A program made the translations under genes and the position numbers. The notes beneath the pieces are model-generated. The model was not told the origin of the DNA, searched no databases, and saw only the letters and a list, made by a program, of their open reading frames with translations. From Octopus sinensis (Eukaryota): a stretch of 64,000 nt of DNA. The DNA is taken from NCBI RefSeq assembly GCF_006345805.1, contig NC_043009.1, positions 31,682,001 to 31,746,000 of the forward strand, in the 5' to 3' direction. Within the stretch, counting starts at the first letter, position 1. Each line of letters opens with the position of its first letter. Below are positions 41,385 through 54,998 of the stretch, in pieces.

Positions 41385-43050
41385 GCAAGTATTACCAGTC
41401 GAGAACTCCGCATACTGGAAGCCAGCAAGTGTATGGGGTCATCAAGAGAGAATGTGTGCTATTTCAGGGCCTACCTCTTGGCGGCATCAATACGCACCAG
41501 TCTCCCTCACTGATATGAGGATCTGCTTGCTAGTTAACCAGTTATCAAATAAAGCTCAATATTCTTCTAGCTATCTCTCATCATCTCCTTTTAACCAAAT
41601 CCAGTGGCTAGCCTTTTCCACTGTAGTTTGGATATCTTTTATGGTGGTATTTACTTTACAATGAATTAGGCCTAACGATAACAACAGTTGTCTCACACTG
41701 TATCCAACAAACCCTCTACATCTGACTTCAGTTGGAAAATGCTCCGCTTTCCATCCTGTATCGTCACATTCCTCGAGGTGGCTTACAAAACGGTCAATCT
41801 TTCGAGCCCAAGTGGCGTCCATGTTATCTTCACGAGGAACTGTTAACTTGACTAGATTCACAGCTTTCTTTCTTTCACACCACATTAAAATGTCCGGCTT
41901 TTTTGTAACTGGGATGGGAAAGAGTCCCTGGCACACTGGTACATCTGCAGTCACTTCCCAATAGCTGTTGGATTTTTCATCACTCACAAGAAGTTTGTTG
42001 TTCTTCTTGAAATGGATCCATAGTCCTGAGCGCACAAAGGTAATGAAATCTCTAGTAGGTTTCAATGGTTTTTTTCAATGGTTTTTCAAAGGTTTTTTTT
42101 TCAATGGTTTTTTTTCAATGGTTTTTCAATGGTTTTTTTTACTGTTGTTGAGATCAATTTGGTTCTCTATAGCATTGAAGATAACCTTAAGGACTAGGTT
42201 GTGTCTCGATGTATACCTGTTCAATGCTAGTGAACATGTGGAAAGAATATGTTTCAGTGTGCTGACCTTTCTGCATTTGCATATATCATTCTCTGAGACA
42301 TTCCATCTTACAAGCTTTGCAGGTGATGGCAAAACATCATAGGATGAACGAATCAGAAAACTTAGCCGATATGTGATCCACCTCCATATCTCATCCCAAC
42401 TTATTTTTCTCTCAAAAGCATGCTTCTTCCATCATGTCACTTGTCCTTCTTGAATTCATTGGATCAAATGAAGCTCTCTTCTCTCTGCTTCTCTCATTTT
42501 GAGAGATCTGCGTTCACTCCCCATCATACTTGCAAATGGTCTGAATTGATCTGTGTCAAAACCAAGTTCCTTTTGATGAATTTGCATTGCACTCACCATA
42601 TCTCGGTGAGAAGACAGGATGTCATCAGTCTCTGCTTCTGTTTTCACATCTGGTGGATTATGCCTGATTTCCATGTCTCAGCATCATCATCATTCGTACC
42701 TTCCCCAGTTTATAAATCTCGACTATTGACGCCAGTGGTAACTGAAATGAGCTTGTTTTACGATAAGGAGCTGAACTGTTCAATACCCAAGGTAGGCCTA
42801 GCCATTTTCTATTGAACACATTACATTTTGTTCAATGATTTGAACTCCTGACAATGCTACCTCGTATATTAAAAGTGACCACAAAAGTTGCAGATACAAG
42901 CTGAACTTTTATATTTACCTGGTTATCAATCGCTGATAATGCAACCTCAGCTTGTTTCATAATTTTCATTCCGCAACTCCTATCTGACACAGCACTAGCA
43001 CTTCTTGCATGGCACAAATTTAAGGAGTGGTCACTGAGATACTTGTAAAA
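41385..43050 (-). mobile_element. HERO-like non-LTR retrotransposon (RLE type), decayed 3' half
   Basis: Frames give RKWLGLP...FQLPLASIVE, WDEIWRW...SFLIRSSYDVLPSP, a CCHC knuckle (CKCRKVSTLKHILSTC...RHN) and the RLE motif KPDIL...KLTVPREDN...EVRCRGF. Many stops and frameshifts are present. Confidence 0.8.
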
Positions 43051-43781
43051 CAAAGACCTCTCAGCTGGGAGAGGACGGGGGAAGGACCAATGTGGCTTTC
43101 TGCTAGCTGGGAGGTTAAAATTTCATGGAGGGATTAAGATATGTGTCTTATTATGGAGGAGACACTTGGTTACCCAATTATGAGAAGAAAAGTGAGGAAG
43201 GACAGAGAGAGAGAGAGTCACAGACAAAGATGGAGACAGACAGAATGAGAGTTAGAGAGAAATGAATGATGGTACACTGAGGGCAGGGAGTATATAAGTG
43301 GCACAGAGGTAGATAGGGTAGGGTGTCACATAAGCATGTGAGAGAGGAGATGTTTAGAGATGGAGAAGGGGTGATTATAGCAAGTGGTGGTGAGGGAAAT
43401 TGAAGTTGGGGTCGGGGCTGTGGTAGATATGTGGAGGGCACAGACAGTGGTATGTGTATATGTGTGTGTGTGTGTGTGTGTATTCTCTTACTCTTTTACT
43501 TGTTGGTTCAGTCGTTTGAATGTTGCCATGCAGGAGCACCACCTTGGAAGGGTTTTAATCAAACAAACTGACTCCAAGACATGTTTTTTTCCCCCTTTTA
43601 AGCCTTGTTCTGATTCTATTGGTTTTTTATACTGAACAGCTAAATTATGGAGATGTAACCACACCAACACCAGTTGCCAAGCAGTGATGGGGGGAACACA
43701 AAGGCACACATACATAGATATATACATACACACACACACACACATATATACATTGATCCTCATTTTATATTTGCCAATTAA

Positions 43782-43996
43782 GGCAGCGAGCTGGCAGAAT
43801 CGTTAGCATGCTGGGCAAAATGCTTAGTGGTATTTCGTCTGTCTTTACATTCTAAGTTCAAATTCCACTGAGGTCAACTTTGCCTTTCATCTTTTCGGGG
43901 TCCATAAATTAAATACCAGTTGCATACTGGGGTCGATCTAATCGACTGGCCCCGCCTTCCCCAAAATTTCAGGCCTTGTGCCTCTAGTAGAAAGGA
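43782..43996 (+). mobile_element. SINE family B, full-length copy with 16-bp TSD
   Basis: GGCAGCGAGCTGGCAGAATCGTTAG...GGCCTTGTGCCTCTAGTAGAAAGGA, flanked by TATATTTGCCAATTAA at 43766-43781 and 43997-44012. Confidence 0.9.
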
Positions 43997-46661
43997 TATA
44001 TTTGCCAATTAATCTTCCCAAGAGTTGTATCCCTTTCAAATTTACTCTTCAGCCTCATTTTTCCCCCCCACCATCCCCACCACCAGCACCATTGCCACCA
44101 TCACTATTACCACAGGTATAGCAGAAGTTCAAATTGATAATTAACTTCATTAACCTTACCTCTATGAAAGGGCATGAGCGCCACCATTTTTCTTTTGACT
44201 AATTAATTAAAACTCTAATTAGGGTAAGGATGTATACAACATGTTTTCGGTATTTTTTAATTAATTATAGGAAGAAGAGGACAACGAAAAGAAGAGGGGG
44301 AAACTTTTATTTGTTTCCTTTCCTCCTAAAATAAGGGATTTCAGGAAGTTGCTTAGTCGGTGGATTCATTTAATTGTTGTTCAATAGTTTTATGGAGCTG
44401 ATGGTCAGTGAAGGGACGTGGCTCAGAGGTTTGTGCATTCAGCTCATGATCATAAGGCCGTGTGTTCAATTCCCAGCAATACACTGTGTCCTTGAGCAAG
44501 ACACTTTATTTCACACTGCTCCAGAGCACTCAGCTGGAAAAAATGTGTTGTACTTCCTATTTCAAAGGGCCAGCTTTGAGAACTCTTTGAGAACTATTTT
44601 AAGGGTATACATGTCAGTGGAGCATTCAGCCACTTGTACATTAATCTTTTGAGCAGGCTGTTCTATTGATTAGATCAACTGGAAAATTCTTCACCAAAAC
44701 CAATGGAGTTCCATTTGGTCAGTGAATGGAATCGCAGAGTTGATGGTCAGTGGATTTATATAACTATGTCTTGTTCTGTGAATTCCTAAAATGGATTACT
44801 AGAAAGTCAATGTGTGGAATAGAGATGTGTACAGAGAAAGTGTTTGGGGTCTGACCAAAATGCTTAACCAGACTGGACCCTGCCAAAGCGCTTAAGGAGT
44901 GATTGGTGTTGATCAACAAGATGGCACTTTTGGTTAATGTATTTGATGGTCAGTTTAGCTAAGATTTCAAACCTTACTGTTACAGCTAGTGAGTGACCCC
45001 TCTGGACAACAGGTATGGCTCAGCTTTCTTTAGTGTGGTCAGTGGTCAATCATTCCCATCTCCTTTCAATTTTGTGCAGTTAACTTGATCTTTTATCTTT
45101 TACTTGTTTCAGTCATTGGAGTGCGAACATGCTGGGGCACTGCCTTGAGTCAACCCCAGGATTTATTTTCTTTTTAAGCCTGGTGCTTATTCTATCAGTC
45201 TCTTTTGCTGAACTGCTAAGTAAACATACCAACAGTGTCTGTCAAGTAGTTATGGGGGACAAACACAGACACACACACACACACACACATACGACAAGCT
45301 TCTTTCAGTTTCCGCCTACCAAATCCACTCAAAAGGCTTTGGTCAACTCGAGGTTATACTAGAAGACACTTGCTCAAGGTACCACACAGTGGGGCTGAAC
45401 CCAGAACCATGTGGTTGGGGGACAAACTTCTTACCACACAGCCACACCTGTGCCTGCAGAAAGGAAGGTTTCTCTCTCCTTTTTAACTAAAGAAAAGGAA
45501 ACCAGCTGCAAAAAAAAAAAAAAAAACGAAAAAAAAAATAGTTGCTTTGAGAACAAATTGGTAATGATCCTACTTCCACACTGCCAGACAAAACCAATAT
45601 TTTTCTTTTTTTCACTTTTTTGCTACAAAGTGAACCAAGCACAGAGTTGATATTGAAATATTGAATATTGGAACAAACACTCTGTGGCTTTGAAGCATAA
45701 AAAATAACTGCCACCTGAAATATGAGGATATTCAAACCACTCCATACATTAAATGACACTCAGCTTACATTTGCCATAAAACCACACTGCACAGCAACTG
45801 TGTGTGTTTTTCTTTTCTTTTTATAAAGGGTGGAGGGGTGGGAAGAAAAAATGTGAAATGCTCCAACTATATTTTAGGACTGACAACATGCAATATTTAA
45901 AATTTATCTCTTCTATAAAACTGATAACAACAACAACAAAAACGAAGCTTCAACAACAACATCAACAATAATTCTAATAACAATATAGAAATATGCAAAT
46001 TTATAACTGAAAAAAGAGCATGTGTACATCATGTTGATGTAGCAAAGGAAAATGGATGTAAAATAAATTTTTTATTTAAAAAAACCCCTCAAATCCCTCT
46101 GGTATTATATGAAACTCTATATTCAATTCTTCATTTGAAATGGAGGTAATGTATGTAATATTAATTCTATATTTGTGGAAATATTTACAAAACCATTATC
46201 GTGGATTTGGTGTTGTTTAAAATATTTGTAAATGCCTAATGGAAAATGAGAACAAAAAAATTCTATAGAACCCTGCAATTCTATTAAAATTACATAGTTT
46301 TTATTTAATCCTAGAATACGTGTAGGAAAATATATGGGTGCAAGTAATGGTGTGTGTTTAGAATGTTTGCTTGCAAATCTATGGTTCTGAGTTTGTTCCA
46401 CGTTTGTTGCAGATTAAGGGGATATTGTTATCATAGCCTCAAATTATCCAGTGGAATTTTGTCAATGGAAATTGTTATGAAGCCTATCAAATTGCTCTAC
46501 ACTTACACACACACACACACATACACTCATACCTCACATTATAAATCAAAACAGCTTAATGTGTACATCAATATATGTAATGAAGAAAGTGCACAGTATT
46601 TAACAAAATGGTGCTAACCCCATACATACATACATACAAACAAGTATGTGTATATATATAT

Positions 46662-46860
46662 GTGACCACGTGTGTATCGTTGGCGATTTACTTTCTCTGT
46701 CTTCACTTCGTTGGACCTTTCCTTTTTCTATGTTTCTGACGAAGAGCTCTGCTCGAAACGTTAAATCCTCCTTCTTTCTTTCCTTTCCTGAGCGTCCAAT
46801 GACACTATACATGTTCCACGTCCTCATGTTGTTGTGTTTTCTCTTTGTTCATGTTAGGAT

Positions 46861-46864
<4 letters not shown>
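46662..46864 (+). mobile_element. Probable Penelope-like terminal (pLTR) fragment between TA repeats
   Basis: A pyrimidine-rich 200-bp segment that contains an intact minimal hammerhead and has (TA)n on both sides. Confidence 0.55.
46732..46766 (+). ncRNA. Minimal hammerhead ribozyme, core intact
   Basis: GTTT-CTGACGA-A-GAGC[TCT]GCTC-GAA-ACGT-T-AAAT: CUGANGA core, 4-bp stem II, GAA, palindromic ACGU stem III, GUU cleavage triplet, and stem I GTTT/AAAT. Confidence 0.7.
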
Positions 46865-46907
<43 letters not shown>

Positions 46908-47124
46908 TTTTATCTTTTTATTCGTTTCAGTCATTTGACTGCGGCCATGCTGGAGCACCACTTTTAGTCGAACAAATCGACCCCAGGACTTATTCTTTGT
47001 AAGCCTAGTACTTATTCTATCAGACTCTTTTGCCGAACTGCTAAGTTACAGGGACATAAACACACCAGCATTGTGTGACAAACACAGACACACAAACATA
47101 TACATACATACATATATATATATG

Positions 47125-47240
<116 letters not shown>

Positions 47241-48561
47241 CGGGCTTCTCTCAGCTTCCATCTGCCATTCCACTCACAAGGCTTTGGTCGGCTGAAGCTA
47301 TATTAGAAGACACTTGCCCAAGTTGCCACGCAGTGGAACTAATGTGTCAATCATCATCATCATCATCATCATTTAGCGTCCGCTTTCCATGCTAGCATGG
47401 ATTGGACGGTTCAACTGGGGTCTGGGAAGCCAGAAGGCTGCACCAGGCCCAGAAGGCTGCACCAGGCTGGATGCCCTTCCTAACGCCAACCACTCCATGA
47501 GTTGGAAATAGCAGACAATTATATACGATGTTATAGTAAAGTTTTACTGTATATATATATACTGGCAAATATGTTTGCAGGCAGTGAGCATAAACATTTT
47601 CATCATAACTGTAGGAAGAGCATTAAATAAATGTGCAACCCAGATGTGTATAATCAAGGTCCGAGGTTTCAAACTTTCCAAATTATGTTTATTAATCATC
47701 ATCATCATCATCATCGTTTAACGTCCATTCTCCATGCTAGCATGGGTTGGACGGTTCGACCGGGGATCTGGGAAGCCATGAAGGCTGCACCAGACTCCGG
47801 TCTTATCTGGCAATGTTTCTACAGCTGGATGCCCTTCCTAACGCCAACCATGAGTGTAGTGGGTACTTTTTATGTGCCACCTGCACTGGTGCCAGGTGAG
47901 GCTGGCATTGGCCACGGTCGGATTGGTGCATTTTATGTGCCACCTGCACGGAAGCCAGTCGAGGCGGCACTGGCTTCGGCCACGATTCGGATGGTGCTTT
48001 TTATGTGCCACCGACACAGAAGCCAGTCGAGGCGGGGCTGGCATCGGCCATGGTTCAGATGGTGCTTTTTGCGTATCTCCAGTCCAGGGGTCCTGGCATC
48101 TGCCGGGTGCCAGTCATAGGATTGGTTCAATTTCGATTGTAAATTTGATTAGTTCTCTTCGGCTAGGTTCACCTAGACAAATTTTCAAATGTTGCTACAT
48201 CAATGCCAGTATTTACTCATCTGAATGCCTAGCCATTAACAGACCAAGAACATGAAAATGTTTTCAAAGAAAATATATATATTTGTGTGGATGTCTTCTT
48301 TTATCACTGGTGGTGAGCTTGCAGCATCCTACCAAACCAAGCGCTTAGGGGTATATTTTGTAGCTCTTTACTCTCTGAGTTCAAAATCATGTGAGATTGA
48401 CTCCTTAATTCAGGGTCTACAGAATAAGTACCAGTTGAACTCTGTAACTGACGATATAGAAAAATGGTCCGGAACTGGCAGAAACAGGAACAGAACAAGC
48501 AAAATAAGTACCAGTTGAGTACTCCCCCGAAATTACTGGCCTCGTGTTAATAGTTAAAGCA

Positions 48562-48622
<61 letters not shown>

Positions 48623-48642
48623 TATTATTATTATTATTATCA

Positions 48643-49120
48643 TTGCTTTTGCACAGCTTCTAATGCTGGAGATTTACAATGATGCCAGCTGTTCACTGCC
48701 AGGGAAATAAGGTAACATCCCTTATTTTTCAAGCACCATCCAGAGTATTTGAGCAGTTCCAAGCAGTGCTGTTTTCTGCAAGTGCTCCACCCTTACTACA
48801 GCCCCTATTTATTCTATGTACTTCTCAAGAATTTTACTCACTGTTCCCAGGGCTCTGACAATTATTAGTACTATTACCACCTTTTTCATCGAACACAACT
48901 GCTTAACCTCCCAAGCTAACCTGTTATATCTATCAACTTTTCTTTCTTCCTTATCACATGCCTTGTTGTCAGCTGGGCATGCTATATCTATGATCCAGCA
49001 TCAATTAAGACTATCTCTTGTTTCCTATTCTCTATCTTATTGTCACACTGAATCATGAAATCCTAAAGGAACTTTGCATTATCATTTTTGATGATGCCTT
49101 CAGTTTTATGTTTGTACCAA
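48643..49120 (-). mobile_element. R4/Dong-like retrotransposon 3' fragment (RLE domain), old
   Basis: Minus frames give WYKHK...IIDIACPADN...EERKVDRY...ALGTV...LQKTALLGTAQIL. (TTA)n flanks both sides. Confidence 0.8.
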
Positions 49121-49308
49121 TTATTATTATTATTAATATTATTATTATTAATATTATTACTATTATTATTATTATTATTATTGTTATTATTATTGTTAAT
49201 ATTATTGTTATTATTATTGTTATTATTATTGTTATTATTATTGTTATTATTATTGTTATTATTATTACTATTATTATTATTATTATTATCATTATTATTA
49301 TCATTATT

Positions 49309-49856
49309 GAGTGAGAGAGCAGTTCATGCCATCAAAGTGACACTGGGGTAAAATATACGAAGCCCAATATACCCATCATGACTACCCATCTGATAAGGGT
49401 ACACCAGGCACATGCATCACAACCATATGTGCGCGACATGGTGATCTCATATCAAGATAAACAGCACATGACCTTGCAGGTGGGGCCCAGTTAGAATTTT
49501 CTTCAGGTTGAGTAGCCCATCCCGCTCAAAAGATCCCTGAATAAGGGTTGTTTAAGGGTGTTGAAAGAACCACCCATGTTTCCAGAGGTGAATTATTCAA
49601 ACCCCAAAGAATCCCGCTCAACACATGGCTATGATGCTCCCCCACTACTTCTGCTTGTGATCAGAGATGCACATATCGTCAGCCACTAAAGGACATGCTC
49701 AACTGGTTAAGGTCAAACAACTGACAAGCAAATCTGTGGTATTGAGCAGAATATTTGCTGTAGCCCATCTTTTATACCAAGACAAAACAATGTACATGAT
49801 AACACTTCCAATCAGTTAAGATCAGAAGCCATGAGAGCCACTGCCTGGTACTGCAT
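49309..49856 (-). mobile_element. Non-coding ~550-bp interspersed element embedded in (TTA)n
   Basis: High-complexity, ORF-less segment with sharp boundaries and pure TTA repeats on both sides. The strand is assumed from the neighbouring elements. Confidence 0.55.
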
Positions 49857-49896
49857 ATTATTATTATTATTATTATTATTATCATTATTATTATTA

Positions 49897-49929
<33 letters not shown>

Positions 49930-49939
49930 CATTATTATT

Positions 49940-49980
<41 letters not shown>

Positions 49981-50010
49981 TATTATTATTATTATTATTA
50001 TTATCATTAT

Positions 50011-51251
50011 TCAGTAGTTTTATTTTTTATAGCGTGCTTTCACTTCACTACCAAGCGCAGCTCTGTGTGCCTTGGGTATGTGCTGTGATTTGTTGTGATG
50101 CTCTGATGGTTACTGTATGTAAAATGTTCTGCGTAGGATGTGTGCAGTGCCTAGTAGTGCAATTTTCTGTATGTTATATGTGTTTGTAAGTCCTGGTGTT
50201 TTTGTTATGTATTTGTCTGAATATTTTTTATCATGCCTAATGCACCTACTATGATAGGAATTGTTTCTGTTTTTAGATTCCAAATTCTGGTTACCTCCAT
50301 TTCCAGGTCTTTGTATTTTGAAAGTTTCTCCATTTCTTTTAGAGACACGTTGTCATCTGCCGGTATTGATACATCAATTAGAAAGCATTTTTTTCTTCAT
50401 GATCTCTGACAACTATATCTGGTCCGTTGGCCTTAATTTCTCTATCTGTGTGTATCGGCATATCCCAGAGTATGGTTGCTTTTTCGTTTTCTGTGACCTT
50501 TTCTGGTGTGTGCCTATACCATCTTTTTTCTGTTGTTATTCCATAATGTTTGCATAGCTTCCAGTGTATGTAGGTTCCAACTCTGTCATGTCTGAATATA
50601 TTCCTTCTTAGCCAGGACTGGGCAGCCAGAGATAATATGATTTATTGTTTCTTGTCCATCTCCACATATTCTGCAGTTACTTGTTATATTTCTTTTCATT
50701 ACATGTTTTTGGTAATTTCTGGTGGGGAGGCTTTGGTCTTGTGCTGCAATTAAAAATCCCTCTGTCTCTGCTTTGAGTCCTGAGCTTCTCAACCATTGCT
50801 GGGATTTTTCTTTGTCTATTTCTTTTGCATTTAGTTTAGTCCAGTATTTACCACGAAGGGCTTTTTCTTGCCATCGTTTTATCATGGTTCTTTGCTGTTC
50901 TAGTTTTAGTTTGGATTTCATTTGTTTTATAGCTTTTGTTGTTTCTTCATCATCTTCTTCTTCTTCTTCTTCTTTATATTTGTTAGGTGGTATGATTTCT
51001 TGTTTATATTTGTCAGCTTCCTTAAATACTGAGAACAGTTTTTTGTTTTGCTCGTGTTTTGCTGCTATTTGTATCAGTTTTCCTTCCTTCTGAAGTAGAT
51101 ATTTTTGCAGTCCTATGGTGGTTATTTTATAGTAGTTTTCCAGCTGTATACGGCCTCTACCACCTTCTATACATTGTATATATAGTCTTTCTATGTCAGA
51201 TTTTGGGTGATGCATCCTAGACCCTGTCATTATTTTTCTTGTTTTCCTATC
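50011..51251 (-). mobile_element. R4/Dong-like retrotransposon, 5'-truncated (thumb, CCHC knuckle, RLE)
   Basis: DRKTRKIMT...HHPKSDIERLY...GGRG, LKAETEGFLIAAQDQSL, CRICGDGQETINHIISGC, RHDRVG, PDIVV...LIDVSIPAD...IIVGALG...LLGTAHILR. A few frameshifts are present and (TAA)n lies at both ends. Confidence 0.9.
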
Positions 51252-51261
51252 TATTATTATT

Positions 51262-51309
<48 letters not shown>

Positions 51310-51408
51310 GTTGTTGTTGTTATTATTGTTATTATTATTGTTATTATCATTATTATTATTATTATTATTATCATTATTATTATTATTATCATTATTATTA
51401 TCATTATA

Positions 51409-51455
<47 letters not shown>

Positions 51456-51510
51456 TATCATCATCATCATGATCATCATCATCATTATCATTATTATTAT
51501 TTTTAATATT

Positions 51511-51551
<41 letters not shown>

Positions 51552-51831
51552 TATTATTATTATTATTAATATTTTTATTATCATTATTATTATTATTATC
51601 ATTATTATTATTATTGTTATTATTATTGTTATTATTATTATTATTATTATTATCATTATTATTATCATTATTATTATTATTATTATTATTATCATCATCA
51701 TCATCATCGTCATCATCATCATCATCATCATTATCATTATTATTATTGTTATTATTATTATCATCACCATCATCATCATCATCATCATCATCATCATAAT
51801 CATCATTATTATTATTATTATTATTATTTTT

Positions 51832-51877
<46 letters not shown>

Positions 51878-51928
51878 TTATTATTTTTATTATTATTATT
51901 ATTATTATTATCATCATCATTATTATTA

Positions 51929-51978
<50 letters not shown>

Positions 51979-52624
51979 TATTATTAAGGCAGCGAGCTGG
52001 CATAATTGCTAGAATGCCCGGCGAAATGCTTCAGAGCATTTTGTCCATTTTTACATTCTGAGTTCAAATGTTGCTGTGGTCAACATTGCATTGCATTTCT
52101 TTTGGGTTGATAAAATAAGTACCAGTTGGTTATTAGTGGTGTGTTTGTGTGGAGGGTGATGTGATCCATTTACCCCCTCCTCTGAAATTGCTGGCCTTGT
52201 GCCAGAATTTGGAACCATTATTATTATTATTATGATGATGATGACAAGGATGATGAGAGTGACAACAATGATGATGATGATGATGATGATGACGGTGGGA
52301 ACCAATACGATGGCAATGGTATTTTAATGAAAAAAATTGATTTCAGAAAGAAAAAAAATATTCTTTTACCAAAACTAAAAAGGCCTCCTATAATATCCAG
52401 TTTTTTTTTTAAAGAATTAATTATTCTTCAAGCTGTTTTGTATCAATAATTCTGTTAGTGTGGCATTGCTTCAAAAAGATTAAATTGATCTTAAATAATT
52501 TTATGCTTCCTTTTATTGTTATATAAAGTGTTGTCTTGGAAGAGAAACTGGGCTCATTCACTTTCTAGTTTAATCACAATGTTTCCATTTTCAGCACAAT
52601 CAATCCTTCAATGCTTTGTTATTA

Positions 52625-52668
<44 letters not shown>

Positions 52669-52669
52669 A

Positions 52670-52700
<31 letters not shown>

Positions 52701-53059
52701 TATTGTGAAGGCACATGACTCAGTGGTTAGAGCTTATGATCATGAGGTTGTGAGTTCACTTCCCAGACCGGGCTGCGTGTTGTGTTTTTGAGCAAGACAC
52801 TTTATTTCACATTGCTCCAGTTCACTCAGCTGTAGAAATGAGTTGTGGTATCACTGGTGCCAAGCTGTATCAGCATTTGCCTTTCCCTTGGATAACATCG
52901 GTGGCATGAAGAAGGGAGGCTGGTATTGACTGCTGGTCTTCCATAAACAACCATGCCCAGACTTGTTCCTCGGAGGGTAACTTTCTAGGTGCAATCGCAT
53001 GGTCATTCATGACCGAAGAGGGTCTCAAATTATTATTATTATTGTTATTGCTCTCAGTA

Positions 53060-53690
53060 GGGCAGTGAGCTGGCAGAATGAGTATGTTCTGAGTTCAAAT
53101 TCCACTGGTGTTGACATTGCTGTTCATCCTTTCAAAGTTGATAAAGTATGTACCAGTGAAATATTGGGGTTTGATGTAATCAACTAGCCCCCTCCTCCAT
53201 TTTTCAGACCTTGTGCCTTTATTAGAAAGGATTATTATTATCATCATGAGTGGGGTGAGGTGGTAGAATCGTTAACACTCCAGACGAAATGTTTAGTGGT
53301 ATTTTGTCTGTCTTTACATTCTAAGTTCAAATTCTGTCAAAGTTGATTTTGCCTTTCAGGCTCCATAGAATAATAAGTATTGGAGCTGATGAAATTCATT
53401 ATCGTCTACCACTCAAAATCTACAGGCCCTGTGACAACAATGGGAACCATTATCATCATTATTATTAAGGGCAGCAAGCTGGCAGAATCATTAGCATGGT
53501 GGATGAAATGCTTAGCGGTATTTCGCCCGTCACTATGTTCCGAGTTCAAATTCTGCCAAGGTTGACTTTACCTTTCATCCTTTTGGGGGCAGTAAATAAA
53601 ATACCTGTTGCATGCTGGGGTCAATGCAATCGACTATCCCTCTCCCCCAAATTTCAGGCCTTGTGCCTATAATAGAAAGGATTATTATTA
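53060..53690 (+). mobile_element. Three head-to-tail SINE family B copies
   Basis: Successive heads at about 53060, 53245 and 53470, each unit ending toward an (ATT)n/(ATC)n tract. Confidence 0.75.
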
Positions 53691-53880
53691 TTATTAGTAA
53701 TAGTAGTAGCAGCAGCTGTGGCAGTGGTGGTGGTGTTGGCAGGGAGATAGTAGTAGTAAAGTTTGAATTTCTTCACAAACCCACTCACTGTATGAACACA
53801 CACACTCACACTCACACACACAACCATACACAGAAACACATACACACACAGAGACATTTCACTGTTTTAAAACACTGTAC

Positions 53881-53970
53881 CATGACTGGCTTCTGTGAGG
53901 TGGCTGAAAACTTTTGCATGGCCGTTTTTGGTGGTTGCCTCACACTTTCTCTCCTCATTCAGAACCCCTA
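53881..53970 (-). CDS. Candidate 90-nt exon of an unidentified gene
   Basis: CTAAC branch-like site and cttttattttgtag acceptor, open frame GVLNEERKCEATTKNGHAKVFSHLTEASH, and a weak donor (GTACAG). Confidence 0.25.
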
Positions 53971-54152
53971 CTACAAAATAAAAGGGTTAGGCATGAAAAT
54001 AGCTCCAACAGGGCCAATGTTTCATCTGTAGACAAACGCAAAGTGAAATATCCATTTATAAGTTAGCGATTAGGAGAAATTTACAATACAGTGACTGAAA
54101 ACAGTTGCACAGCAGGAGGAGACCAAAGTAACACACCACAATATCACTACCG

Positions 54153-54201
<49 letters not shown>

Positions 54202-54963
54202 ACCACACGATCACAACTGCGAAATAGCAGCAAAACTAATGCACAAGTGCAACACATCAATACACTAGAGTGTACTATAACACAACTACAACACAAAACT
54301 TAACAGTGCCATACCACAACAACACACAACTGCAACGTACCAATACATTCACACCACAGCAACACAGCACCGAACTGTAATACCACAGCATTTCATGGAA
54401 CCGTGCCACATTCACATGTTACCATGCAACACACTAACCCTAATTACAACAACAAAACTACCACACAACCACACCAATATACCACACTACCACATAACTA
54501 CGACACTCACCACCAGCACCAATACCATCTCACTATCAGAGTGCCTACTTCAATAAATTGTTATTTTACTTAATTATTTTTCTAGAAATCTGTTTATTTT
54601 ACTTTAGTCAGAATAATTTCATAAACCACTAAAGAAATTACTTTTATAAATGAAAATTCTAAATACATTTTCAAATTTTGTATTTTCAATTTTGCATGTA
54701 TACACACTCTTAGTTTTACATATTTTATGTGAATTTTATGAACATACTTACACACAGGCTTACAAATATGCATACACACTTACATACTCTCATATACATG
54801 AGAACATATGTGTTTGTGTGATACACACATATATACATACATATATACATATATATATATATTAAAAATGGGGAAGGCTGGGCTTCTTTCAGATTTATGT
54901 TTTCTACAAACAATATATATATATATATGTATGTATATATGTATGTATATGTGTTTGTGTGAT

Positions 54964-54998
<35 letters not shown>

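Noticed and set aside
49830-49856. TGCAGTACC resemblance to the U2 snRNA 3' region
   Set aside because: Only about 9 nt match and no other U2 sequence is present.
53060-53690. Family B SINEs as partners of the Dong-like element
   Set aside because: Their tails read (ATT)n on the sense strand whereas the Dong-like elements end in (AAT)n, and I saw no shared 3' sequence.
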